Origin: Pseudomonadota bacterium
Lineage (GTDB): Bacteria > Verrucomicrobiota > Verrucomicrobiia > Limisphaerales > SXTU01
Direction of reading: 5' to 3'
DNA: 64,000 nt
Assembly: GCA_009924135.1 (NCBI GenBank)
Contig: RFSE01000004.1
Coordinates: 12,893-76,892, forward strand
Below the pieces are notes generated by a model. The model was given only the letters and a program-made list of their open reading frames with translations, did no database searches and was not told the DNA's origin. Shown here piece after piece: positions 17,478-26,154 of this stretch (the first letter of the stretch is position 1; each line of letters starts with the position of its first letter). The position numbers and the translations under genes were made by a program.

Positions 17478-18890
17478 ATGTCCGTGCCTGCCAACCTCTA
17501 CGCCACCTGGCGCGCCACGCGTCCCGGCGCGACTCAGTTGCACGAGGACGGCCCTCCGCCCGAGCGCCTGTTGCAGGCCGTCTGGCAGCACCAGCGGGTG
17601 CTCCGGGACGCCCTCCAGCTCGCCGATGGCCGGGCCGTGCGCGTGCTGCATCCGGGCTTTCACAACCGCGAGCCGGGGCCGGATTTCCGCGACGCACTGG
17701 TGCAGTTCGGCAACGAAACCCCACTGCGCGGCGACATTGAAATCGATCTGGTGACCAGCGGCTGGCGCGCCCACAAGCACGATGTGAACCCCGGCTTCCG
17801 CGCCGTCGTGCTCCACGTCATCTGGGACGGGGCCGGAACAGACGGTCTGCCTACCCTTTCGCTCAAATCCCGGCTCGACGCCCCGCTGGGCGAACTGGCC
17901 GACTGGTTCGGCGGTGACGATGCCCTGCGCCCCGGCGGCCTCACCGGCCTGTGCTGCGGCCCGTTGAGCGAACTTCCCCGCGAACAGCTCGACGCCCTGC
18001 TGCAACAGGCCGCGCTGGTCCGGCTCCAGTTGAAGGCCGGCCAGCTCGCCGCCCGCGCACGGCAGGGCGGCTGGGAACGCGCGCTCTGGGAAGGCCTGTT
18101 CACGGCGCTGGGCTACAAGCACAACGTCTGGCCCATGCGCCGCCTCGCCGAATTGGCCGGCGCATGCACCGAGCCACTTTCCGTCGAACTGTGGCAGGCG
18201 CGTCTCTCGGGCTGGAGCGGCCTGCTGCCGGCTGAATTACCCCGTGGGCGCGGCGCCGATGCCGATTATTTACGGCGGCTCTGGGACGCCTGGTGGCGCG
18301 AACGCGAGCGCTTCGGCGACGTGATTTTGCCCCGCACAGCCTGGCGCATGAGCGGTCTGCGGCCGGCGAACCAGCCACTGCGACGCCTCGCGCTCGCCGC
18401 GCACTGGCTCGCGAGCCGCGATCTCCCGACGCGTTTGGAACGCTGGTTCACCCGCGAAGTGCCGGAGTCCGCGCTAGCCGGTTCCCTGCTTGAACTGCTG
18501 CAACCCGCCACTGATGAATTCTGGGGATGGCATTGGACCCTGAAATCCCCCCGCTTGAAGAAGGCCCAGCCCCCGCTTGGTGAAGCCCGCCTCACGGACC
18601 TCGCCGTGAATGTCGTGCTGCCATGGCTTTGGGCGCGCGCGGCCGCCGGGCGCAACGAAGCATTGCTCAAGACTGCGGAGGCACGTTACCTCGCCTGGCC
18701 GGCCGGCGAAGACAACGCCACGTTACGGCTCGCCCGCGAACGTCTCTTCGCCGGTCGCCCACCGCGCGGCCTCTTCCTGCATGCCGCGGCGCAACAGGGC
18801 GTGCTCCAGATCGTCCGCGACTTCTGCGAACACTCGAACGCGCTCTGTGAACACTGCCGCTTCCCCGAACTCGTCCGCCGCGTCAAGTAA
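17478..18890 (+). CDS. DUF2851 family protein
   Basis: 470 aa. LLQAVWQHQ...VLHPGFHNREPGPDFRDA...GDIEIDLVTSGWRAHKHD...VVLHVIWD matches my recollection of the DUF2851 signature. Confidence 0.7.
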   Translation: MSVPANLYATWRATRPGATQLHEDGPPPERLLQAVWQHQRVLRDALQLADGRAVRVLHPGFHNREPGPDFRDALVQFGNETPLRGDIEIDLVTSGWRAHKHDVNPGFRAVVLHVIWDGAGTDGLPTLSLKSRLDAPLGELADWFGGDDALRPGGLTGLCCGPLSELPREQLDALLQQAALVRLQLKAGQLAARARQGGWERALWEGLFTALGYKHNVWPMRRLAELAGACTEPLSVELWQARLSGWSGLLPAELPRGRGADADYLRRLWDAWWRERERFGDVILPRTAWRMSGLRPANQPLRRLALAAHWLASRDLPTRLERWFTREVPESALAGSLLELLQPATDEFWGWHWTLKSPRLKKAQPPLGEARLTDLAVNVVLPWLWARAAAGRNEALLKTAEARYLAWPAGEDNATLRLARERLFAGRPPRGLFLHAAAQQGVLQIVRDFCEHSNALCEHCRFPELVRRVK

Positions 18891-18917
18891 CCCGTTTCCC
18901 CCCATGAACCGGCGTGA

Positions 18918-19002
18918 GTAGGGCGCGTCTGTCCTCAGCGCGCCGCAGCACCACCCGGACGCCAATAGCTCTCGGCGGCGCGGTGAGGACACCGCGCCCT
19001 AC
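18918..19002. repeat. 27-28-nt inverted repeat (GTAGGGCGCG..CCTCA..GCGCCG type)
   Basis: GTAGGGCGCGTCTGTCCTCAGCGCGCCG (18918-18945) pairs with CGGCGCGGTGAGGACACCGCGCCCTAC (18976-19002). It lies downstream of DUF2851 in a convergent gap. Confidence 0.6.
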
Positions 19003-19196
19003 CCCCGCCAGTTCTGGGGCTCAAAGCACGAACTGCTCGTAGGGAGCATTCTCACCCTGACGCACAAAGGTTCCAATTTGAACCAACGCCACACGCTGGC
19101 ATCGTTCAGGCGGCGGCCAAGAGTGGCAGCCCCCACCCGCAGCAGCTCCCTTTGCGCCTTCTGTGCCTTTTTTGTGGCAAAAACGGGTTTCGCGGT

Positions 19197-21845
19197 TCAA
19201 ATCCACCGCTTCCGCAGCAGCCACATTTTAACGATCTGCGTGAGTCCCACGTAACACACCAGCGTCACCCCCAACAACGGCCAGAACTGCCACGGCAGCG
19301 GCACGAACCCGAGATACTGCGAGAAGGGTGAGTAGGGCAGCCACGCGCCGACACCCATGATGGCAAAGGTCGTCAGGGTCAACTGCCAGCTCGCGCGTGA
19401 TTGGATGAACGGAATCTGGTTGGTGCGGATGATGTGGACGATGAGGGTCTGGGTCATCAGGGACTCCACGAACCAGCCGGTGCTGAACAACGAGGCGGCG
19501 TAGGAATGATCCACGTCCGGAGCATTGGCGAAGCGCGCGGCCAGCTCCGGCGGTGCGGCCAGCAGAACGTCGTTGCACTTGAAGTAAAACCACATCAGCG
19601 CGTAGGTCGTGTAATCGAAGATGGAGCTGATCGGTCCAATGAAGAGGATGAACTTGGTGATCTCGCCCATGAGCCACGGGCGCGGCTTGGAAATCACGGC
19701 CGAGCCGACGTTGTCCGTCGGGATCGGCACCTGGGAGAAATCGTAGAGCAGGTTGTTCGTCAGCACCTGAATCGGCTGCATGGGCAGATAGGGCAACCAC
19801 GCGCTGGCGCCGAGCACGCTGAACATGTTGCCGAAGTTGGAACTCGCACCCATGCGGATGTATTTCAGGATGTTCACGAACACCTTGCGGCCTTCCAGCA
19901 CGCCTTCCTCCAGCACCATCAGGTTCTTCTCGAGCAGGATCATGTCAGCGGACTCCTTGGCGATGTCCACGGCGTTGTCCACAGAGATGCCCACGTCGGC
20001 GGCCCGCAGCGCAGGTGCGTCATTGATGCCGTCGCCCATGAAGCCCACGACATGCTGGTTGCGTTGGAGTGCCTGCACCACCCGCTTCTTGTGTGCAGGG
20101 GAGAGGCGGGCGAACACATTGGTCGTCTCGACTTCCTTCGCCAGTGCCTCGTCCGTGAGCTTTTCCACCTGGCTGCCCAGCAGGATTTTATCGGCCCGGA
20201 TGCCGACCTCGGTGCACACCTTGCGCGTGACGAGATCGTTGTCGCCGGTGAGGACCTTCACGGTCACGCCGTTCTGGCGGAGTGCATCGATGGCCTTGGA
20301 AGCCGATTCCTTCGGCGGATCAAGGAAGGCCAGGTAACCCGTCAGCACCAGCTCGCATTCGTCCGCTTTGGAAAAGGTGGTCTGGCTGCCGAGCTTCTTG
20401 GTGGCCACGGCCAGCACGCGGAAGCCGTCCTCGCTCAGGTCATTGACCTGTTCAATGAGATCACCGACCAGGATCGGTTCCATCGGGAGGATTTCCCCGT
20501 CGCTCTCGAAGTGGGTGCACTTGGCAAAGACCGCCTCTGGAGCCCCCTTGGTGAGCAACTGCCGTTCGCCGTTCGGGCCTTCCACGGCAACGGACATCAT
20601 GCGGCGCGAGAAGTCGAAGGGGATTTCATCCACCATCCGGTGCTGGTCGATGCCGATGGCCTGGTGCATCTCCTGATGCTTCAGCACGGCGCGGTCGAGG
20701 ACGTTCTTCAGGCCGGTCTGGAAATGGCTGATGAGATAGGCGTCCTGCAGCACCGCTTCGCTCTCCTTTTTGAACACATCCACATGCAGTTCGAGGATGA
20801 CGTGATCCATCGTCAGCGTGCCGGTCTTGTCCGTGCAGAGCACGTCCATCGCGCCGAAGTTCTGGATCGAGTTGAGCTTTTTGACGATGACTTTCTTCCG
20901 GGACATCGCCAGCGCCCCCTTGGACAGGCAGACTGACACGATCATCGGCAGCATCTCCGGGGTGAGGCCCACGGCCACGGCCATCGCGAAGAAAAACGCG
21001 TCGTGCCAGTTGTGCTTGAAGAGCCCGTTGATCAGAAAGACCAGCGGCACCATCACCAACATGAAGGTGAGCATCAGGTGGACGTATTTTTTTACGCCCT
21101 TGTCGAAGGCCGTCTCCACCTGCTGGCCCGCCAGGCTGCTGGCCATCTTGCCGAAATAAGTCTGCGTGCCGGTCGCCACTATGACGGCGGTGGCTGCACC
21201 GCTCTCCACACTCGTGCCGAGAAAACAGAGGTTGTGGTGCTCGATGGTGGAGACGTTGGGCCGGGCATCGCGGGCGTCTGATTTCTCCACCGGCAGGGAT
21301 TCGCCGGTGAGCGTGGCCTGGATGATGAACAGGTCCTTGGCCGCAAGCAGGCGGACATCGCCGGGGATCATGTCACCCGCCGAAAGTTTGACGATGTCCC
21401 CTGGCACCAAATCCCGAAGCGGGATTTCGCGAGCCTGACCGCCGCGCACGACGGTGGCGGTGACCTTGATCATCGCCTTGAGCTTGGCCGCCGCATTGTC
21501 GGCCTTCGTCTCCTGCACGAACCGCAATGAAACGCCGAGAATGACCATGAGCAGCATCACCGTGCCGGCCCGGACATCGCCCGTGGCAAACGAGATGACA
21601 GCCAGCACGGTCAGCAGGATCACCAACGGGTTGCGCACGGCGGTCCAGAACCGGTGCAGCCATTCGTGCTGCCTCTCCTGGGCGACTTCGTTCGGGCCGA
21701 AGACGTCGATCCGTTCCGCCGCCTCTTCCTCAGTAAGCCCATCGGGCGACGTCTCGAGGCGCTGCAAAACGGCGGCAGCCTCCAGATTTGCCGCATCCCG
21801 CAACAGGTCGGCCGCGCGTTTGCCGTCGGTGTTTTCCACTGGCAT
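19197..21845 (-). CDS. mgtA: Magnesium-translocating P-type ATPase
   Basis: Contains DKTGTLT, TGDN and GDGINDAPAL. The N-terminus ...GLTEEEAAERIDVFGPNEVAQERQHEWLHRFWTAVRNPLVILL and the overall length are MgtA-like. ATG at 21845; the track start at 21854 is TTG. Confidence 0.9.
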   Translation of the reverse strand: MPVENTDGKRAADLLRDAANLEAAAVLQRLETSPDGLTEEEAAERIDVFGPNEVAQERQHEWLHRFWTAVRNPLVILLTVLAVISFATGDVRAGTVMLLMVILGVSLRFVQETKADNAAAKLKAMIKVTATVVRGGQAREIPLRDLVPGDIVKLSAGDMIPGDVRLLAAKDLFIIQATLTGESLPVEKSDARDARPNVSTIEHHNLCFLGTSVESGAATAVIVATGTQTYFGKMASSLAGQQVETAFDKGVKKYVHLMLTFMLVMVPLVFLINGLFKHNWHDAFFFAMAVAVGLTPEMLPMIVSVCLSKGALAMSRKKVIVKKLNSIQNFGAMDVLCTDKTGTLTMDHVILELHVDVFKKESEAVLQDAYLISHFQTGLKNVLDRAVLKHQEMHQAIGIDQHRMVDEIPFDFSRRMMSVAVEGPNGERQLLTKGAPEAVFAKCTHFESDGEILPMEPILVGDLIEQVNDLSEDGFRVLAVATKKLGSQTTFSKADECELVLTGYLAFLDPPKESASKAIDALRQNGVTVKVLTGDNDLVTRKVCTEVGIRADKILLGSQVEKLTDEALAKEVETTNVFARLSPAHKKRVVQALQRNQHVVGFMGDGINDAPALRAADVGISVDNAVDIAKESADMILLEKNLMVLEEGVLEGRKVFVNILKYIRMGASSNFGNMFSVLGASAWLPYLPMQPIQVLTNNLLYDFSQVPIPTDNVGSAVISKPRPWLMGEITKFILFIGPISSIFDYTTYALMWFYFKCNDVLLAAPPELAARFANAPDVDHSYAASLFSTGWFVESLMTQTLIVHIIRTNQIPFIQSRASWQLTLTTFAIMGVGAWLPYSPFSQYLGFVPLPWQFWPLLGVTLVCYVGLTQIVKMWLLRKRWI

Positions 21846-21850
21846 AAATT

Positions 21851-22345
21851 TCAAGCCCGAATGGGCGGCTGGTTACGGATGATATGAAGCATGGCATCGG
21901 CATCGGCAGCCTGTTCGAGCATCCGGCGGAACGCCTCCTTGTGCAGCATCCTGGCGACGCTGGCCACAGTATGCAGGTGCTGTTGAAACTGGCCTTGGGG
22001 AACCAGCAGCAGGAGCACCAAACTCACCGGCTGGCCATCCAATGACTCGAAACTAATCCGTTTCCTCGACCGCCCAAGCACACCAACCACGGTGCTGGTG
22101 AACTCGGTCGAGGCGTGTGGCAGGGCGATGCCGAACCCGATGCCGGTGCTCATGGTGGATTCACGTTTGCGTACCGCCGCCGCCGTCGCTTCGCGGTGTT
22201 CCGCCCGCAGGGCTCCGACAGCGACCAGATTGCCGAGCAGTTCATCAATGGCCTCCCACCGGTTGCCGGCCTGCATATCGGCGATGATTTGGTTGCGCGT
22301 CAGCAGGTCACCCAGAGCGATGGATTGGGAGTGTGCCGGAATCAT
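21851..22345 (-). CDS. PTS EIIA-2 domain protein (PtsN/nitrogen-regulatory IIA-like)
   Basis: ATG at 22345 gives MIPAHSQSIALGDLL...TGIGFGIALPHA, containing the phosphorylatable His motif. There is a 5-nt gap to the upstream gene and a 5-nt gap to the mgtA ATG. Confidence 0.8.
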   Translation of the reverse strand: MIPAHSQSIALGDLLTRNQIIADMQAGNRWEAIDELLGNLVAVGALRAEHREATAAAVRKRESTMSTGIGFGIALPHASTEFTSTVVGVLGRSRKRISFESLDGQPVSLVLLLLVPQGQFQQHLHTVASVARMLHKEAFRRMLEQAADADAMLHIIRNQPPIRA

Positions 22346-22350
22346 AAGGG

Positions 22351-22647
22351 TCAGATGGCGTAACGCTTGAGGACGGTAAGCAACGAGCGCAGTTCCCGGC
22401 GTCCTTCTGACTGGTTCGTGGCCCCTTCGATACACTCAAGCATGTGGGACTCGATCATCTCCTCGCTGAATGATTTCAATGCCCGGCGGGCGGATACCAC
22501 CTGCATGAGCACATCAGAACAATCCTCGTCGGACTCCACCATTTTTTCGATGGCCTCAATCTGGCCTTTGATTCTGCGCAAGCGTACCACCAACGCCCTT
22601 TTTTCCAGTCCTGGCCGTACATGTTTCGTTTTCACGAAAACTTCCAT
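22351..22647 (-). CDS. CsoR/RcnR-family (DUF156) metal-sensing repressor
   Basis: LRRIKGQIEAIEKMVESDEDCSDVLMQVVSARRAL...ESHMLEC carries a C...H...C ligand fingerprint as in Cu(I)-sensing CsoR. ATG at 22647. Confidence 0.8.
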   Translation of the reverse strand: MEVFVKTKHVRPGLEKRALVVRLRRIKGQIEAIEKMVESDEDCSDVLMQVVSARRALKSFSEEMIESHMLECIEGATNQSEGRRELRSLLTVLKRYAI

Positions 22648-22694
22648 ACAACAAGGATGCTGCGAAGGCCACCTCAAAATGCAATTGACGGAGG

Positions 22695-22711
22695 ATAGGC
22701 CATGGGGGTAT
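22695..22711. promoter_or_regulatory. Candidate CsoR-type operator (G/C-tract pseudo-palindrome)
   Basis: ATAGGCCATGGGGGTAT lies 48 nt upstream of the csoR-like start in the divergent promoter region. It has an ATA...TAT frame around G/C tracts, as I recall for CsoR operators. Confidence 0.3.
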
Positions 22712-22757
22712 GCAGGATGCCGTTGGCCGGCCTCGTTTCACGACAAACACATTTCAC

Positions 22758-24074
22758 ATGAAGACCTTAATCCGTCTGGGATTGCTTGCCTCGCTCGGGG
22801 TTTCGGCAACGGCCCAGGAACCCGCCATAAACCGAGAAAGCCCGGATCAGTTCTGGAACTGGCACGTGCAGAACACCGACATCCTGCAATACCACCCGGG
22901 GTTTCACGCGCCATATTCCGGCCCCAACAGCCTGAATAGCGCGAGCGAGGTAAAGGAAACGGTTTCGTTTGACCTGACTGCAGGGGCGCGGCTGTGGGCC
23001 GGAGCCGGACTCTACGTGGATGGATTGATGTGGCAGGGTTTTGGATTCAGCAAGACGCTGGGAGCCGAAGGATTTCCCAACGGCGAGGCGTTCCGGCTTG
23101 GCACCGAGGTTCCCAATTTCAACTTCTCGCGGGTTTTCATTCGTCAAACAATTGGTTTGGGCGGCGAGCAGGAAACCGTCCCGGACGACGCGCTCCAACT
23201 GGCGAACCGGCGGGACATATCGCGCATCACAGTCACCGTGGGGCGGATGAGTGCCAAGGACATCTTCGACAACAACAGCTACGCAAACGACCCGCGCACG
23301 CAGTTCATGAATTGGAGCCTCATGGCGAATGAGGCCTGGGACTATCCGGCAGATAGTCTGGGGTATATGACCGGATTAGCCTTGGAATTGAACCAACCGG
23401 AGTGGGCCATCCGCTACGGGTTCTTCCAAATGCCACGTGTCTCCAATGGCACGGCGCTGGACGCGCATTTTACAGAAGCCTGGGGCATGGTGACGGAGTT
23501 TGAGCGTCGCTTTGCAATTGGCGGTCATCCCGGCGCCATTCGGCTGCTGGCCTTTTTGAACCGTGCCCACATGGGCAGCTATCAGGCTGCACTCGCCAAC
23601 GTGGCACGCCCGGCAGACCTCCAGTCCACCCGCGATTACCGCTACAAATACGGTTTTGGGTTCAACGCAGAACAGGAGATCATCAAGAATGTCGGGGTGT
23701 TCATGCGCCTGGGGTGGAGTGATGGGGCAACCGAAGGCTGGACGTTCGCGGACGTGGACCGCACAGCCACTTTGGGACTGAGCATCAAAGGGGAGCCATG
23801 GGGTCGATCAAACGATACATTCGGTCTGGCTGGTGTCTTCAACGGCGTTTCGCGGGTTCACCAGGATTTTCTTTCAGCCGGTGGCACTGGCATCCTGTCC
23901 GGCGACGGTAAGCTAAACTATGGTTGGGAGCGCGTCCTTGAAACCTACTACGATTTTCAGATCTGGAAAAACTTGCACGGTGCGGTCGACTACCAATTCA
24001 TCACCAACCCGGCTTTTAACCGCGACCGTGGTCCAGTCTCGATCGTCGGGGCAAGGATGCATTGGACCTATTGA
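22758..24074 (+). CDS. Carbohydrate-selective porin, OprB family
   Basis: ATG at 22758 gives signal peptide MKTLIRLGLLASLGVSATAQ. PGFHAPYSGPNSL, NWSLMANEAWDYPADSLGY and a C-terminal aromatic residue are consistent with OprB. Confidence 0.7.
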   Translation: MKTLIRLGLLASLGVSATAQEPAINRESPDQFWNWHVQNTDILQYHPGFHAPYSGPNSLNSASEVKETVSFDLTAGARLWAGAGLYVDGLMWQGFGFSKTLGAEGFPNGEAFRLGTEVPNFNFSRVFIRQTIGLGGEQETVPDDALQLANRRDISRITVTVGRMSAKDIFDNNSYANDPRTQFMNWSLMANEAWDYPADSLGYMTGLALELNQPEWAIRYGFFQMPRVSNGTALDAHFTEAWGMVTEFERRFAIGGHPGAIRLLAFLNRAHMGSYQAALANVARPADLQSTRDYRYKYGFGFNAEQEIIKNVGVFMRLGWSDGATEGWTFADVDRTATLGLSIKGEPWGRSNDTFGLAGVFNGVSRVHQDFLSAGGTGILSGDGKLNYGWERVLETYYDFQIWKNLHGAVDYQFITNPAFNRDRGPVSIVGARMHWTY

Positions 24075-24263
24075 GCTAAGGCTGGTTGAATAGGTGAGTA
24101 TTTCTGAAGCCAACCTCTTCCCGGCCTCCAGAGTCGCCCGTTTGAACGGTTGGATACGCGGATGTCAATCCTTAGGTGATTACCCGCGGCGAGTTTGACC
24201 GATGATGCCGGAAACGCTCCTGTTGCTCCATGCCGTCCGTCGGCGCTTATCGTCTTGACCGTT

Positions 24264-25754
24264 TCACTTCACTTCCAAAAACAGCAGCGAACTCGACAGC
24301 GTCAGCGTGGAACCTCCAGCCGCATGCTGGTGGACGGTGAGCACGTCCAGTGTCCGGGGTTTGGCGCTGAAGGTGGCTTCACCGCTGAACGTGGCCGGGC
24401 CGGTGCGCTTCATGGGCACGGATTCCCACGCGTCATATTCCATCGCCAGCGTGTAGTCGGGGTGACGATCCACGGACCACCAGAGGTCGTTCTGCTGCGG
24501 TTCGGCGTTATCCGGAAATTTCGCAGTCACTTGCAACCGGCGCGTGGCGGCGTCCCAATGGCTGGTGATTTTGGGCGGTGCAATCATTGGTCGCTTGCCA
24601 AAAAAGTGATGCAGCCCGAAGGCGTATAGGTTCTCGTCCACCTCCGGCAGCGAGCCGACTTGCTTCTTCATGCCGGCTTCCTTCGCCGCGCCGTGATGTC
24701 CACCCGGCACCACGTAGATGGGAAAGTCAGGAAAGCGCAGGCCCAGTTCGCGCAGGCCGGGGCTGACGGCGTCGTTCGAGCCCTGATTGTAAAAAATCTC
24801 CAGACCGCGCTTCTTCAGTTCCGGCAGGTAGCTCGTGGTGCGGCAGACTTCCCACGCCGCCGTGCAGGCGACTTTCATCTCGGCTTCGCTCCAACCGGCG
24901 TCGCGCGCCTCGCGCACGGTGATGCGTTCGTCGGCCCGGGCCTTCTGCCGGCTGATCAAGGGCGTACGCGCGGAAGCGGGGGCGTTGGGCACCTTGTCCG
25001 CGAGCAAGTCCGCGAGGAACTGCTCGTTCGCGCGCGTGATCTCGACCGGCATCATGCCTTCGACATACGGCCCGCCCGGACTGTCAATGATCGGGGCCAC
25101 TACCGGCAAAATGGCCGTGAAGCGGTCATCCGCGATGCCGGCCGCTGCCGCTCCGACGCCGCGCTTGGAACCGCCCGTGGCCAGCACCTTACCCGGTTGA
25201 AAAACGTCCTTCTCGGTCAAGGCCGCCGTAAGCGCGCGCATGTCGCTCATGCCCCAGATCCAGGCCGGGGTGAACCGCGCGTCCTTCGTCTTGAGAAAAT
25301 TCACCTTCATCCCCACGTCCAGTTTGCCCACCGGCTCCATCAGGTCGATGGACGTCATGCCGATCAGGACGATCCCGACGCCGTGATCCCGCAGCAGCCG
25401 CAACGTCGCCCCGGTCGGCACCGCCGGTTTCAACTGCACGCCCGTGTTGCCCAGCAGGAGGTTGCGGCACGGGCCACCTTTGGCGGGCGCGAGGAACGTC
25501 ACCGGCAGCCGCACCTTCTGCCCAGCCCACCACTCGCACACGGTGATTTCGACGAGCTTCCGGCGAAACTTGGTGTCCGCACCCCACTGTTGCCAGTCCT
25601 CGATGACGCGCGTTTCCAGCGTGGCGGGATCACGCACCTCGGCGAGGTTATAACGGCCTGGCCGGACCTCGGCCGTGGCCGTGAAGCTGACGACGAGCAG
25701 GCCCAGCAAAACCCGGAAGGCGCATTGAAGCATCAGGTTTGGACGCGTTTTCAC
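24264..25754 (-). CDS. Secreted alpha/beta-hydrolase-like protein (PhoPQ-activated pathogenicity-related family-like)
   Basis: 496 aa with a signal peptide. ATGGSKRGVGAAAAGIADDRFTAILPVV resembles the G-x-SKRG nucleophile region of the PqaA-type family. Confidence 0.5.
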   Translation of the reverse strand: MKTRPNLMLQCAFRVLLGLLVVSFTATAEVRPGRYNLAEVRDPATLETRVIEDWQQWGADTKFRRKLVEITVCEWWAGQKVRLPVTFLAPAKGGPCRNLLLGNTGVQLKPAVPTGATLRLLRDHGVGIVLIGMTSIDLMEPVGKLDVGMKVNFLKTKDARFTPAWIWGMSDMRALTAALTEKDVFQPGKVLATGGSKRGVGAAAAGIADDRFTAILPVVAPIIDSPGGPYVEGMMPVEITRANEQFLADLLADKVPNAPASARTPLISRQKARADERITVREARDAGWSEAEMKVACTAAWEVCRTTSYLPELKKRGLEIFYNQGSNDAVSPGLRELGLRFPDFPIYVVPGGHHGAAKEAGMKKQVGSLPEVDENLYAFGLHHFFGKRPMIAPPKITSHWDAATRRLQVTAKFPDNAEPQQNDLWWSVDRHPDYTLAMEYDAWESVPMKRTGPATFSGEATFSAKPRTLDVLTVHQHAAGGSTLTLSSSLLFLEVK

Positions 25755-25802
25755 TCCAAGAACATGGAATGATTTTCACTCACGCCAAACGCGCTGCGAC
25801 AG

Positions 25803-26127
25803 CCTAAGCCGGAACCATTCTTTAGCCACAGATGGAACACAGATGAAACACAGACAGGGACGCTCCTCTGTTGGGTTCTACGCGGGATGGACCGTTCACC
25901 CAAAGAGGCATCCAGTTGGGAAGCCTAGCAGCCTGTTCAAAAACTGTAGCGGCGCTCTGTGAGCGCCGAACGAAACGAGAGAACAGGCCCAAACTCGGCG
26001 GTCATAGACCGCCGCTACAGCGGGCAGGGCGTTTTTTTTAACGGACTGTTAGCTGGTGACCAAAGCTGCGGCCATCTGTGTTCAATCTGTGTTTCATCTG
26101 TGGCTCAAATGCATCGGTCCGGCTAAG
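25803..26127. mobile_element. Composite/nested MITE-like element (family A termini around a second palindromic element)
   Basis: Termini are TAAGCCGGAACCATTCTTTAGCCACAGATGGAACACAGATGAAACACAGA and the reverse complement of CCATCTGTGTTCAATCTGTGTTTCATCTGTGGCTCAAATGCATCGGTCCGGCTAAG. Flanked by direct TAAG. The inner inverted repeat is CTGTAGCGGCG...CGCCGCTACAG. Confidence 0.7.
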
Positions 26128-26154
26128 ATCGCCTCCGAACTGGCCAACCTTAGC

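Noticed and set aside
16591-17724. 377-aa minus-strand ORF overlapping the dehydrogenase gene out of frame and crossing the intergenic hairpin
   Set aside because: It is extremely Arg/Pro/Ala-rich and overlaps a well-supported gene in another frame. It also runs through a repeat element and into the antisense of DUF2851.
19100-19196. Terminator downstream of mgtA (GCCTTTTTTGTGGCAAAAACGGG)
   Set aside because: The pairing is A/T-rich, has a mismatch, and is not followed by a U-run on the minus strand. It more likely belongs to another dispersed short repeat, which I cannot confirm within this window.
19401-20936. 511-aa plus-strand ORF antisense to mgtA
   Set aside because: It is a shadow ORF. 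The minus strand carries unambiguous P-type ATPase motifs (DKTGTLT, GDGINDAPAL).
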